From NCBI GenBank assembly GCA_903893315.1, contig CAITLU010000013.1, positions 155,026-219,025 on the forward strand: 64,000 nucleotides of DNA, given 5' to 3'. Positions within the stretch are counted from its first letter, which is position 1, and the number at the start of each line of letters is the position of its first letter. The translations under genes were made by a program, and so were the position numbers. The notes beneath the pieces were generated by a model. It was not told the DNA's origin, searched no databases, and saw only the letters and a list, made by a program, of their open reading frames with translations. The DNA comes from an uncultured bacterium (GTDB lineage: Bacteria; Desulfobacterota; Binatia; UBA1149; CAITLU01). Shown here piece by piece: positions 52,127-63,662 of this stretch.

Positions 52127-53683
52127 CTACTCCTGCCCGCCGCTCGGAGAAGCGCCGCCCTCACCACCGCTTCCGGCTTCGCCGCGACCTCCGCCGCCGC
52201 GTCGGCGTCTGCGTCGCTTGCGCGGAGTTGCTGCGCCGGCCGCGTCGGTACCAGTCGCCGCGGTGGCCGGCGGCGGCGCGCCGCCAGCCGTCGCACTCTC
52301 GTGCCGCGGACGCGGCGGCGCCGTCCCTTCCGGCGACGGCGAGCGGCGCTCACGGCTCACCGTGCCCGTGCGCCGCGGTGGCACACGCTGTTGTCCCCGC
52401 CCGCCGGGTCCCGACCTCTGCCCCCTGTTCTTAGGCAGGTCGTTCTCGTCGAAGTCGAGCAACGACACGGCCGACCGCGGTGGCACCGGCGGCGCCACCA
52501 ACAACTCCGCATCGGGAAAGCAGTGCGGGATCCGTATCCCGATGAACTCTTCGATGGCCTCGAGCGAATAGACGTAGTGTTCACAGGCCAGCGACAGCGC
52601 CTTGCCCGAAGCGCCCGCCCGCGCCGTACGGCCGATACGGTGAACGTAATCTTCGGGATCCTGCGGCAGATCGTAGTTGAATACGTGGGTGACCGCGTCG
52701 ATGTGCAACCCGCGCGATGCGACATCGGTGGCAACCAGGACTTCGAGGTCGCGGTCCTTGAAACCCTTGAGCATGCGGATACGCTTTTTCTGGTCCAGAT
52801 CTCCCATCAGCACACCGCAGCGATAGCCGTAGCGCTCGAGTTTGAGCGCTATGTGACGGGCGCCGCTCTTGGTGTTGACGAAGACCAGCGTGCGTTCGGG
52901 TTTCTCGCGGGCCATCAGCGTCAACAGCACGGTCGACTTCTCGTGCACGCCGACGTGGTAGACCATCTGCTCGACACGCTCGACGGTCACCTGTTCCTCG
53001 TCAATGGCCACCCGGTGCACGTCGTTCATGTGCTCGTAGGCGAGTTCGAGAACGCGGTACGACAGCGTCGCCGAGTACAGGAAGGACGAACGTTCTTCCG
53101 GGGGAGGCAGGCGCTTTACCAGGTAGCGCAGGTCGTCGATGAACCCCATGTCGAACATGCGGTCGGCTTCATCGACGATCAGCACCTCGGTATCCTTGAG
53201 GCTGAATACCCGCTGTTTGAAGTAGTCGATCAGACGCCCAGGCGTCCCGATCAAGATGTCGACTCCGTCGCGCAGGCGATCGAGCTGCTTGTGGTAGTCG
53301 ACGCCTCCGTAGACAGCGTGAAAGGTCAGCCCTGTGTGCTTACCGAGCAGTTCGGCTTCCTCGCGGATCTGCATGGCCAGTTCGCGGGTAGGCGCGATGA
53401 TCAGCACGCGAGGACAGGACTCCTCACCTTTGTGGCGACGGGGATTTCGCAGCAGCAGCGTGAACGCCGCGATCAGAAAGGCAGCCGTCTTGCCGGTCCC
53501 GGTCTGGGCTTGCCCCGCGATGTCGTGACCGTCGAGTGCCAGCGGCAGCGTCTCGGCCTGGATCGGCGTGCAGAACTCGAAGCCGGCGTCCTCGATGCCG
53601 CGCCGCACCGGCTCGGGCAGGTCGAGTTCGGCGAACGCTATGATTCGTTGTTCGTTGACGTGCTCGGTGTGCGAAGATGCCAT
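52127..53683 (-). CDS. DEAD-box ATP-dependent RNA helicase with C-terminal Arg/Gly-rich tail
   Basis: The Q-motif region, AQTGTGKT, PTRELA, DEAD, SAT and HRIGRTARAG motifs are present. An RG-rich tail of about 110 aa follows. The start is at MASSHTEHVNEQ. Confidence 0.9.
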   Translation of the reverse strand: MASSHTEHVNEQRIIAFAELDLPEPVRRGIEDAGFEFCTPIQAETLPLALDGHDIAGQAQTGTGKTAAFLIAAFTLLLRNPRRHKGEESCPRVLIIAPTRELAMQIREEAELLGKHTGLTFHAVYGGVDYHKQLDRLRDGVDILIGTPGRLIDYFKQRVFSLKDTEVLIVDEADRMFDMGFIDDLRYLVKRLPPPEERSSFLYSATLSYRVLELAYEHMNDVHRVAIDEEQVTVERVEQMVYHVGVHEKSTVLLTLMAREKPERTLVFVNTKSGARHIALKLERYGYRCGVLMGDLDQKKRIRMLKGFKDRDLEVLVATDVASRGLHIDAVTHVFNYDLPQDPEDYVHRIGRTARAGASGKALSLACEHYVYSLEAIEEFIGIRIPHCFPDAELLVAPPVPPRSAVSLLDFDENDLPKNRGQRSGPGGRGQQRVPPRRTGTVSRERRSPSPEGTAPPRPRHESATAGGAPPPATAATGTDAAGAATPRKRRRRRRGGGGRGEAGSGGEGGASPSGGQE

Positions 53684-53697
53684 ATGAGACCGTCCGG

Positions 53698-54234
53698 CTA
53701 GCTTTTCTTTTCGGACTTCCAACTCTCGCGCAGCAACCGGGCGTACTCGTCGGGAGGAATGAAGCCGATGCGGCGCTGCCACTCTTTGCCGTCGGGGCCG
53801 AAAAAGATCGTGGTAGGAGCGCCGAACACCTTGAAACTCTTGAGAACCAGCTTGAGGTAGTGATCGCTGTGGGTCATGTCGACCGACAGGAAACGAAGTC
53901 CGGAAGACGCCTCGACCACCGCGCTGTCGGTGTAGGTCCTCGTCTTCATTTCTTCGCAGGGGCCGCACCACTGGGCGCCGAACGACAAGACGAACGGCGC
54001 CTTGCTGCGCTGAGTCAGCGTGAACTCATCTGCTGAAAACGGCGTCCAGACAAGCGGGCGGCCTGGCGCTTCTTCGGCGAGCGCAGCCACCGGCATCGTG
54101 ACCTGGCAGAGCGCAGAAAAGAGCGCCAACATCACCGCCGCGACAACGCTCAAGGAGCCGGTAAGACGTGCAGCCGTACCGGCACCGAGCCTGGGCAGGC
54201 CGGTAGTCATCGAGTCGTTCCGGAAGCCGGACAT
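53698..54234 (-). CDS. Periplasmic thioredoxin-like thiol:disulfide oxidoreductase (TlpA/ResA family)
   Basis: The signal/TM segment is followed by the WCGPC active site. Confidence 0.8.
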   Translation of the reverse strand: MSGFRNDSMTTGLPRLGAGTAARLTGSLSVVAAVMLALFSALCQVTMPVAALAEEAPGRPLVWTPFSADEFTLTQRSKAPFVLSFGAQWCGPCEEMKTRTYTDSAVVEASSGLRFLSVDMTHSDHYLKLVLKSFKVFGAPTTIFFGPDGKEWQRRIGFIPPDEYARLLRESWKSEKKS

Positions 54235-54304
54235 GAGGAGATTCTCACCGTAGCCGACCGCTCCCCGATTTGCGAGTCGGAAGGCGCGAGGTTAAGGGAG
54301 GTCC

Positions 54305-54892
54305 ATGCTGAGCAACCGCATTCCGTTTATGTTTCTGGCTGCCGCGCTGAACGTCGCGGTTCTCGTCCTGCCGTCTGTTCGCGCCGAGGCGCAAAACATC
54401 TCCAACGGCCCATTCATGGTCGGCGGATACTCCGGCGACCAGGACGCCTCAGGTAACAACGACGCGCTGGGGTTTGCCGGGCTTGGCTGGCGCTGGCACC
54501 GCGACGGTGCCGACTTTCTCGATAATTTCTTCGAGAAAGGCCACACCGACTTTTCGTGGACCATCGAGCCGATGGCGGCCGCGGTCGTCGGCAACGAGAA
54601 TACCTTCGAGGCCTCGCTGGTCCCGTTCGTGCGCTTGCAGCCTCTTGGTTGGAAGGAGTACGCGCCGTACTTCGAAGCCGGCATCGGCCTGATCTACACG
54701 GGCCTGGACGGTTACGGCCTCGGCTCCCACGTACAGTTCAGCGACAACGTCGGACTCGGGATGGCCTTCGGTAGCCAGGATGGCATGCGCTGCACCATCG
54801 GGTACCGATTCCGACACATCTCCAACGCGAACATCTGGGGAAATGACAACCAGGGGCTCAACGCCCACTTCCTGGTGTTTGCGGTCGAATAG
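54305..54892 (+). CDS. Lipid A 3-O-deacylase (PagL)-like outer-membrane protein
   Basis: The signal peptide is followed by a small 8-strand-like OMP. The C-terminal catalytic-type motif is FRHISNANIWG. The protein ends in aromatic-rich FLVFAVE. Confidence 0.65.
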   Translation: MLSNRIPFMFLAAALNVAVLVLPSVRAEAQNISNGPFMVGGYSGDQDASGNNDALGFAGLGWRWHRDGADFLDNFFEKGHTDFSWTIEPMAAAVVGNENTFEASLVPFVRLQPLGWKEYAPYFEAGIGLIYTGLDGYGLGSHVQFSDNVGLGMAFGSQDGMRCTIGYRFRHISNANIWGNDNQGLNAHFLVFAVE

Positions 54893-54901
54893 AAATCGCA
54901 C

Positions 54902-56551
54902 TCAAGGCAGCGCCCCGGCTGCGGCGAACTGCGAATCGTAGTAGCTCCACCACATTTCGCAGCGCTCGCGCCGAAAGCCCCTCAGCACGTTGGACTGGAG
55001 ATTGAGGCGCAGGAGCCTGTCGCTCCTGGCGTTGTAACGCGGCCAACCGACGGCCTGCCTGGCTTTCGGCTTGCCGCGCTCGGCAAAACGCGACCAGTAC
55101 TCGCGCATGCGCCGGCCGAGTCCGGCATCGGACGGCGTCGGCGGATCCAGGGTACCGAACACGTACGGGATGTCGGCGCCGTGAAAGGCTCCCAGCTTCA
55201 GCACCACGGCGATCGGAATCGGGATCTCCCTGGCGAAGTTGTAAAGATAGGTGCGGGCGCGGCCGGCGGCCGCGCGCCGGGCCGTGTCGTAGGTGGGACA
55301 CACCAGAAACGAATCACCGACCACGCGTGCCAGCGCATCCTGCGGCGACGCGAAATCACTGACCGGATAGGCGGCAATGACCTCGGCCGCGAAGTCTCCG
55401 AGGCGGCCTTGCAGCGTTGCCACGTACTCGGCCTCGGTCGTCACCGGCGGTGTGTTCAGCAGGAAGACGGTCCCTTCATCCGAGTTGAATCCCAGAACAT
55501 ATGGAACCTTCGCGTAGTCTCCGGAGTCGAACAGTGCTCGCGGCTGGTCGGGCAGGAAACCGCCGTCGACCACGATGCCTAGTTGGCTCGCACCCGCCGT
55601 GGCCACCAGAGGCTCGGCATCGGCAAGCACCGTTGCCGCCGGAAGCCCACGCAGACACGCGAGTTCGTCGGGACCGTTGCAGCCTTCGGCGGCAGCAAAC
55701 CCCAGCGCCGTTGCAGCACCTTCTGCCGCCGTTCGCTGCAGCGTCGTGCACCCGCCGCTCTGACTTATGGCGCGATGGAAGAGTCCGCGACTGAGCGGCG
55801 ACACCACGTGCGCGCACACGTCGATCGAACCGGCCGATTCGCCGAAGATCGTCACGTTGCCGGGGTCGCCGTCGAACGCCGCGATGTTGTCGCGCATCCA
55901 CTCCAGCGCCGCGGTCTGATCGAGCAGACCTTGGTTGCCGCCGTACGGATAGGCGGCGTCTTCGCCGGCCAACGCCGCATGCGCGAAGAAACCGAACACT
56001 CCGAGTCTGTAGTTGACGGTAACGACGACGACGTTGCGTTCCTGGGCCAACAGGTGACCGTCGTAGAAATGACCCGGATAGCCGGGGAACGGGATCCCCG
56101 CGCCGGTGGAACCGGTAACGTTGCCGCCGCCGTGAAACCACACCATCACCGGACGCGGCGTGGTCGCGGCAGGCTCCGGCGTCCATACGTTCAGGTACAG
56201 ACAGTCCTCGTTGTCGCTCGACGCGCCGCTGTTACCAGCCCGCTGAGGGCAGGCTGAGGAGAACGTCGTCGCGTCGAGTACGCCGCTCCACGGCGTCACC
56301 GGCGCCGGCGGCCTCCATCGAAGTTCGCCAACCGGCGGCGCGGCAAACGGGACACCGAGGAATTCGCGGGTCGCGCCGTTGAGCTGCCCCTGCACGTTAC
56401 CGTCCGAAAGCTGGATCAAGGTTGCGTCGTCGGCCGCAGCGCGCGAGGCCGAGACAGCGATGCCAAGAGATGCGATCACGAGCGACACGACGATGCCGCG
56501 CACGGAGGCGCGGGCGGTGCGGCGGTTACCGAGGCTTCGCCTTTCGCTCAT
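54902..56551 (-). CDS. Carboxylesterase type B (para-nitrobenzyl esterase-like), secreted
   Basis: EDCLYLNVWTP, the HGGG oxyanion-hole motif and the GESAG nucleophile elbow are present. Confidence 0.85.
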   Translation of the reverse strand: MSERRSLGNRRTARASVRGIVVSLVIASLGIAVSASRAAADDATLIQLSDGNVQGQLNGATREFLGVPFAAPPVGELRWRPPAPVTPWSGVLDATTFSSACPQRAGNSGASSDNEDCLYLNVWTPEPAATTPRPVMVWFHGGGNVTGSTGAGIPFPGYPGHFYDGHLLAQERNVVVVTVNYRLGVFGFFAHAALAGEDAAYPYGGNQGLLDQTAALEWMRDNIAAFDGDPGNVTIFGESAGSIDVCAHVVSPLSRGLFHRAISQSGGCTTLQRTAAEGAATALGFAAAEGCNGPDELACLRGLPAATVLADAEPLVATAGASQLGIVVDGGFLPDQPRALFDSGDYAKVPYVLGFNSDEGTVFLLNTPPVTTEAEYVATLQGRLGDFAAEVIAAYPVSDFASPQDALARVVGDSFLVCPTYDTARRAAAGRARTYLYNFAREIPIPIAVVLKLGAFHGADIPYVFGTLDPPTPSDAGLGRRMREYWSRFAERGKPKARQAVGWPRYNARSDRLLRLNLQSNVLRGFRRERCEMWWSYYDSQFAAAGALP

Positions 56552-56687
56552 GCGCGTACCCTCCGACTTCGCACATCGTCGGCGACGGCCGACGGCAGGC
56601 AGACCTCCGTCGAAAAAACAGAGCCCTTTCCGGACAGCAACACGGCGAACCTCCGCGCTTCGTGCTCCGTGGGGACGGAGTCTGCCG

Positions 56688-57830
<1,143 letters not shown>

Positions 57831-57887
57831 GCCCGCGGCTTATACCCCTGCGGAGCGCTGGACAAAACTGCGAGCCGAGACCGGCAC

Positions 57888-59297
57888 CTATGCCCGGCCC
57901 GGCCTTCTCTTCACCCTGGCCTGGGTCCTTTCTTCGGCTTTTCTCTTGAAGATCGGGACGATGGTGAGGGTGTACGCGGTGGTGAAAAGGAAGAAGCCGG
58001 CCATCGCCAGAGCCACCCAGTAATTCTGGAAGAGCACCTTGCCTTCGTAGTCCCGCGTCGCGTCCGAGAACAGGCCGATCAGCAGGCCAGCGAACACCAC
58101 GATGGTGACAATGGGGATCGTGTAGCCGAGCGGGACCTTGAACGACCTCTCCTTGTCGGGGAACTTCATCCTCAGCCGGATCACGCACACCGCCGCCACG
58201 ATGTAGATGAAGCACTCGAGCGCCGCGGCCATCACGATCAGGAAGAAGTACTGCCCCGTAAGCAGGGTCAGCAAAGACACCACGGCGGAGAGCAGCGACA
58301 GGAAGAGGATCGACACCCACGGACTCGCATGCACGGGGTGGAGCTTGCTGAAGACCCGCGGCAGCACGTTGTCGCGCGCCATCGCATAGGAGAAACGTGA
58401 AGTGTTGAGAAGACCGGAGTTGAAGGACGTGACCGACGCAAGAATGCTCATCAGCACGAAGAAAAGGCCCCCGACCGGACCGAAGAGGTTGCGACCGAAC
58501 ACGATGTGCGGAATCGGAGTCGGCGAGGAGAGCTGTTCCCTGATCTGCTCCTGAGTAAGTCCGACGTACAACCCCACCGTAAACAACGAATAGGTGCAGG
58601 TCAGGATGCCGATGGCCCAGAGCATCCCTCTGCCGATCAGTTTGTAGTCCGTAGTTTCCTCGGCGAGGGGCGCGACCCACTCGAAGCCGACGAACAGGAA
58701 CACGCCCACCGCAGCCGCCTGGATGATGTTACTGAGCGTGAATCTGTCGCTGTGGGTCGCCGCGACGACGTCCACACCGTTCTTCGAAATCGAATAGATC
58801 GACACCCCGACCAAGAAGGCGATCATCACGTAGGTCATTATGTCCTGCGCGATGCCGGTGATGAGTACGCCGCGGTAGTTTATGTAAGCGACGAAGAAGA
58901 CGAAGAAGAACAACCAGAAATACCGATCGAAGACCGGCCCGACGAGCCTGATCGTACTGGTCAGCACGCTGGAGAGCAGGTAACTTTCCGCTCCCACCAT
59001 CGCGATCCCGAGCACCACGTAGAACATCCCGATGATGATCGCCACCCTCTCGCTGAAGGCGTGCTGTATGAAGAGCTTGATGCCCGCCGCGCTCGGATAC
59101 AGCGCCGTCAGTTCCGAAAAGCACATCGCGGACAGCAGGCAGAAAAAGCCCGCTACCAGCACGGAAATCCACGCCAGTTCTCCGACCAGGACGGTGGCGA
59201 TCTGGAGCCCCGCCAGGTAACACGAGGTGGCGATCGCCATTCCCGCGGACGTCGAAATCACCGTCCGCAGCTTCAGCACTTTGCGCAGCTCTGTCAT
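57888..59297 (-). CDS. APC-family amino acid/polyamine permease
   Basis: The protein is 469 aa with about 12 predicted TM helices. The N-terminal TVISTSAGMAIAT motif is typical of the APC superfamily. Confidence 0.85.
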   Translation of the reverse strand: MTELRKVLKLRTVISTSAGMAIATSCYLAGLQIATVLVGELAWISVLVAGFFCLLSAMCFSELTALYPSAAGIKLFIQHAFSERVAIIIGMFYVVLGIAMVGAESYLLSSVLTSTIRLVGPVFDRYFWLFFFVFFVAYINYRGVLITGIAQDIMTYVMIAFLVGVSIYSISKNGVDVVAATHSDRFTLSNIIQAAAVGVFLFVGFEWVAPLAEETTDYKLIGRGMLWAIGILTCTYSLFTVGLYVGLTQEQIREQLSSPTPIPHIVFGRNLFGPVGGLFFVLMSILASVTSFNSGLLNTSRFSYAMARDNVLPRVFSKLHPVHASPWVSILFLSLLSAVVSLLTLLTGQYFFLIVMAAALECFIYIVAAVCVIRLRMKFPDKERSFKVPLGYTIPIVTIVVFAGLLIGLFSDATRDYEGKVLFQNYWVALAMAGFFLFTTAYTLTIVPIFKRKAEERTQARVKRRPGRA

Positions 59298-59309
59298 CGC
59301 CGGATTCCT

Positions 59310-59669
59310 CTAAGCGTCGGGCCAGATGATCATCGTGATCGCGTCGAGCCGCATGACGTCTTCCTGGCTGGCCTTGACCCGGATCTCTCCCTGAAGGTAC
59401 TTCTGCGAAGGATTGAGATCGCCCCAGAACATGTCGCACAGATACTCACTGCGCGAGGTGACCACGATGTCGGGCGTTCCCGACGCCCCCGACTCGAAGG
59501 ACACGATCTCTCCCTTGACGACGTTCATCGTAAAACGATCGTCGTTGTCGTCGGCGATGAAATGCAGCAGCTTGGTCCAGTCTCTCTGCATCTTGCGCAG
59601 GCGTTTGTTGTCGTTGCACTGCACCTGGTAGTCGGCGAGCGCTTCCAGAATTTCCTGACTCGTTGCCAT
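59310..59669 (-). CDS. SCP2 sterol-carrier-like domain protein
   Basis: The protein is 119 aa with SCP2-like C-terminal pattern ...LQGEIRVKASQEDVMRLDAI. Confidence 0.65.
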   Translation of the reverse strand: MATSQEILEALADYQVQCNDNKRLRKMQRDWTKLLHFIADDNDDRFTMNVVKGEIVSFESGASGTPDIVVTSRSEYLCDMFWGDLNPSQKYLQGEIRVKASQEDVMRLDAITMIIWPDA

Positions 59670-59701
59670 CGGTCCTCCCTTGTGTCGCCGGTTCTCGCGA
59701 C

Positions 59702-60973
59702 TCAGTCGTTCTTGCCGAGGCCGGCTTCTTTCGAAAGTTCTTTCATCGAATCCTCGAGAGCACCGAGCACGAGGTCGACTTCGTCCGGGGTGATCACGAG
59801 CGGCGGCATCAGACGGCAGATGCTTGGATCGTTGCCGGTATAGACCGCGATGACACCGCGGTCAGCCATTTTCCTGGTCATCCGCGGCCCGATCGATTCG
59901 TTGGTGTACTGAAGTCCCATCATCAGCCCTTTCTGGCGCACTTCCAGCAACAGATCCGGGGACTCCTTCAGCAGACGATCGAATCCCGTCCGGAACCGTT
60001 TGCCCATCTTCTCGGCGTGGTCGGCCAGGTTGTTCTTTTCGATGTACTCAATCACCGCCAGACCGACCAGGCAGCCCAGATCCGAGCCTCCGAAGGTCGA
60101 AAGATGGATGAACGGATGCGGCACGAAAAAGTCCTGGATCTCTTCCTTGAAGATCGTCGCCGAAATCGGATAAAGACCGCCGCCGAGCGACTTCGCCACG
60201 GTCATGATGTCGGGGACGACGCCCCAGTGTTCGCTCGCAAACATCTTTCCGGTTCGAGCCATGCCCGTCTGGATCTCGTCGAGGATCAGCAGGATTTCCC
60301 TCTCGTCGCACAGCTTGCGGATCGCCGGCAGGTAGTCGTCCGGCGGAATATGGATGCCGCCCTCGCCCTGTATCGGCTCCAGGATGATCGCTGCGGTGTC
60401 GTCGGTGACAGCGCCCCGCATCGCTTCGATGTCGCCGAACGGCACCGTCTTGAATCCGGGCATCAGCGGCTCGAAAGGCTCCTTGTAGGCTGCCCGGCCG
60501 ATCGCCGACAGCGCAAAACCGGTATGCCCGTGGTAGGCCCGCTCGGTCGAAATGATCTCGGTCTTCATCGTGTAGCCGCGGGCGATCTTGATCGCGGCGT
60601 CGTTGGCTTCACCTCCGCCGACGCCGAAGATCGTGCAGGCGAGATCTCCCGGAGTGATCTCCGCGAGCTTTTTGGCCAGATCCGCTTTCTGCTTGGAACA
60701 CAGCAGAAATACGCCGATATCGTAGGTGTCGAGAGCTTCCTTGAGCTTCCGCACGATCTCCGGGTTGTGCCTGCCCACGTTCATGATCCCGGAACCGGTC
60801 TGGCAGTCGATGTACTTCTTGCCGGTGATGTCCCAGACGCAAGCGCCTTCGCGCCTGCCTTCGATGATGCCCAATTGCGCGGCCTTCATCGTCCGCACTT
60901 TCATCGGGTTGACGAACTTCGCGAAGTCGGCCAGCGCCTGCTCTTTGATCTTGGTCGGGTCAGCGTCCATCAA
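59702..60973 (-). CDS. Class-III PLP-dependent aminotransferase (acetylornithine/GABA/putrescine aminotransferase family)
   Basis: The [15 protein letters not shown]-lysine region and the GGG...N.A motif are present. The protein is 423 aa. Confidence 0.85.
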   Translation of the reverse strand: MMDADPTKIKEQALADFAKFVNPMKVRTMKAAQLGIIEGRREGACVWDITGKKYIDCQTGSGIMNVGRHNPEIVRKLKEALDTYDIGVFLLCSKQKADLAKKLAEITPGDLACTIFGVGGGEANDAAIKIARGYTMKTEIISTERAYHGHTGFALSAIGRAAYKEPFEPLMPGFKTVPFGDIEAMRGAVTDDTAAIILEPIQGEGGIHIPPDDYLPAIRKLCDEREILLILDEIQTGMARTGKMFASEHWGVVPDIMTVAKSLGGGLYPISATIFKEEIQDFFVPHPFIHLSTFGGSDLGCLVGLAVIEYIEKNNLADHAEKMGKRFRTGFDRLLKESPDLLLEVRQKGLMMGLQYTNESIGPRMTRKMADRGVIAVYTGNDPSICRLMPPLVITPDEVDLVLGALEDSMKELSKEAGLGKND

Positions 60974-61234
60974 GCGGTCTCCTCATAAGTCGAACCAGGT
61001 CCGTGTTGCCTTCCTAAATGCTGGGCGCAGGAAATCCAAGCCCTTCGACTACCTGGCGGCATCTCGCGCAAACTGCTGACCGGCTGCGCCTCTCTCCACA
61101 CGCTCGCGGTCGGCCGCCGGCAGATCGGTCACGGAAAGCTAGTGCAGCGAAAGAGTGTGGTGGTGAGCGTCAATGCGATGCAGCGATGTCGCGATCGAGA
61201 ACTTCCCGCGCGACTTTGGAGCCACCGACGCTGC

Positions 61235-61774
61235 TTACTTCGGCCCGCTCCACTTTCCGGAACGGTACTCCTGTGACAGTTCCAGATACCTCTCACAGGC
61301 GATGCGATGCTGCTCGCGCTCCCACGGCTGGAGCGGCCGGATAAGCCGGGCCGGCGCTCCGTAGATCATCGAATCGGGCGGAAACTGTGCTCGATACGGC
61401 ACGAAGCTGGCGGCACCGACGATCGAGCCTTCGCCGATCACCGCCCCGCTCATGACGGTGGCGTTCATGCCGACCAGGACACGGTCACCGATCCGTGCCC
61501 CGCGAACGACCGCACCGTGCCCGATCGTCACCCACGCGCCTATCTCCACTGCCGCTCCCAGATCCGAGTGCAGCACGCAGCAGTCCTGCACGTTTGAGCA
61601 CTCTCCGATCCGTATCGGTCCCTCGTCGCCGCGCAGCACCGCGTTGAACCAGATACTGGCGCGCTCGCCGACGACCACGTCGCCGCGAATTGCCGCGCCC
61701 TCGGCAACGTAGGCCGAAGCGCTGATGACGGGTCTGACTTCGGCCATCGCTACCTTTTCCGGGCTTTTCGGCAT
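61235..61774 (-). CDS. Gamma-class carbonic anhydrase / hexapeptide-repeat (YrdA/PaaY/CaiE) family protein
   Basis: Left-handed beta-helix hexapeptide repeats are present. Conserved His residues are at HSD and HGAVV positions. Confidence 0.8.
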   Translation of the reverse strand: MPKSPEKVAMAEVRPVISASAYVAEGAAIRGDVVVGERASIWFNAVLRGDEGPIRIGECSNVQDCCVLHSDLGAAVEIGAWVTIGHGAVVRGARIGDRVLVGMNATVMSGAVIGEGSIVGAASFVPYRAQFPPDSMIYGAPARLIRPLQPWEREQHRIACERYLELSQEYRSGKWSGPK

Positions 61775-61828
61775 CCAGTTACGCGCGGCCTGAAATATCC
61801 GCCGGGGCTGAAACGCCGTCCGTCCGCG

Positions 61829-63658
61829 TTACTCGACCGTGACGCTCTTGGCCAAGTTGCGCGGCTGATCCACGTCACTGCCGCGCTCGACCGCGACGTA
61901 GTAGGCGAGCAATTGCAGCGGGATCGCCAGGATCACCGGCATCAGCAGACTGTCGGTTCGCGGCACCGCCACCACCCACTCCGAAATCCGCTTGAGTTCC
62001 GTGTCGGCGTCGTCGGTCACCGACAGGATGCGTCCTCCGCGCGACTCGACTTCCTTGAGGTTGCTCAGGGTCTTCTCGTAGACCTCGTCCTTGGGGATGA
62101 TCACCACCACCGGCATCTGTTCGTCGATGAGTGCGATCGGACCGTGTTTCATCTCGCCCGAGGGATAGCCCTCTGCGTGAATGTAGGAAATCTCCTTGAG
62201 CTTGAGCGCCCCTTCGAGCGCGACCGGGAAGTTCACGCCGCGCCCAAGATAGAGCACGTCGGAGACCGTCGACAGTTGGCGTGCCACGCGGGCGATCGTC
62301 TCTTCTTCCTTGAGCGCGCCTTCGACCAGCAACGGCAACTCGACCAGAGCCTGCACGTAGCGGGCTTCTTCGGCGGCAGTGAGCACGCCGCGACGCCGCC
62401 CCAGCCAGACCGCGAGCAGGTAGAAGGCAGAAAGCTGCGTGGTGAAGGCCTTGGTGCTGGCCACGCTGATCTCGGGACCGGCGTGGGTGTACAACACGAA
62501 GTCGGACTTGCGGGCGATAGAAGAGTCGAGAACGTTGCAGATCGCCAGCACCTTGGCGCCGCGTTCGTGGGCAGCCTCGACCGCGGCCAGCGTGTCGGCG
62601 GTCTCGCCCGACTGAGAGACCACTATCATCAACGTGCGCGAATCGATGATCGGATCGCGGTAGCGGTACTCGCTGCCGTAGTCGACGTCGACCGACAGAC
62701 GCGCCAGACGTTCGATGGCGTAGCGTCCGATCAAGCCGGCGTGCCAGGCAGTGCCGCAGGCCACGATAGCAATGCGCTTGAGGCCGGCGATGTCCTTCTC
62801 CAGACCTCCGAGTTCTCCCAGGACGACGCTGGCGGTTTCCTGGTCGAGGCGTCCGCGCAGGGTATCGATGATGGCGGTGGGCTGTTCGTGTATTTCCTTG
62901 AGCAGGAAATGCTTGTAGCCGCCTTTCTGGGCGGTGACCGGATCCCAGGTGATGCGCCGCGCCGCGCGCTTTATCTCGCGGCCGTCGAAAGTCGACAGAC
63001 GCACCGAGTCGGCGGTGAGTTCGGCCATCTCGCCGTCTTCCAGGAACAGGACGTCGCGTGTGTAGTCGAGCAGGGCCGGAACATCGGAGGCCACCAGGTT
63101 CTCGCCTTGCCCGAGACCCAGGACCACCGGCGTCGCGTTCTTGGCGGCGATCAAACGATCCGGCTCGCTGGCCGACAACACCACGATCGCGAACGAGCCG
63201 CGCAACCTGGCGATGGCGGCGCGCGTCGCGTCGGCCAGCGACTTTCCGCTCTGGCGGCCGAGCTCGATCAGGTGGCCGATCACTTCGGTATCGGTTTCTG
63301 ACTTCAGTTCGCAACCGGCTGCGGCCAGTTCCTCACGAAGCTGGACGTAGTTCTCGATGATGCCGTTATGGATGACGACAACGTCGCCGGCACGATGCGG
63401 GTGGGCGTTGCGCTGCGAAGGACGGCCGTGGGTAGCCCAGCGCGTGTGGCCCATGCCGACAGTCCCGGCCAGCGGCTCGGCGTCGAGCAGCGTCTGGAGG
63501 TTGTCGAGCTTGCCGACCGCGCGCCGCACTTCGACTCGCCCATCGTTGATCGTGGCCAGACCGGCCGAGTCGTAGCCTCGGTATTCGAGCTTGCGAAGAC
63601 CGCCGAACAAGACGCGCTCGGCTTGTCGATGACCCACGTATCCGACGATCCCGCACAT
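61829..63658 (-). CDS. glmS: Glutamine--fructose-6-phosphate aminotransferase
   Basis: It starts MCGIVGYVG (Cys2 nucleophile), with two SIS domains. The protein is 609 aa. The ORF-track N-extension is spurious. Confidence 0.95.
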   Translation of the reverse strand: MCGIVGYVGHRQAERVLFGGLRKLEYRGYDSAGLATINDGRVEVRRAVGKLDNLQTLLDAEPLAGTVGMGHTRWATHGRPSQRNAHPHRAGDVVVIHNGIIENYVQLREELAAAGCELKSETDTEVIGHLIELGRQSGKSLADATRAAIARLRGSFAIVVLSASEPDRLIAAKNATPVVLGLGQGENLVASDVPALLDYTRDVLFLEDGEMAELTADSVRLSTFDGREIKRAARRITWDPVTAQKGGYKHFLLKEIHEQPTAIIDTLRGRLDQETASVVLGELGGLEKDIAGLKRIAIVACGTAWHAGLIGRYAIERLARLSVDVDYGSEYRYRDPIIDSRTLMIVVSQSGETADTLAAVEAAHERGAKVLAICNVLDSSIARKSDFVLYTHAGPEISVASTKAFTTQLSAFYLLAVWLGRRRGVLTAAEEARYVQALVELPLLVEGALKEEETIARVARQLSTVSDVLYLGRGVNFPVALEGALKLKEISYIHAEGYPSGEMKHGPIALIDEQMPVVVIIPKDEVYEKTLSNLKEVESRGGRILSVTDDADTELKRISEWVVAVPRTDSLLMPVILAIPLQLLAYYVAVERGSDVDQPRNLAKSVTVE

Positions 63659-63662
63659 GATC

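Noticed and set aside
57831-57887. I looked for an FMN riboswitch upstream of ribBA.
   Set aside because: Only 57 bp separate the ribBA start from the permease stop, too short for the roughly 140 nt RFN element. No conserved RFN core sequence is evident.
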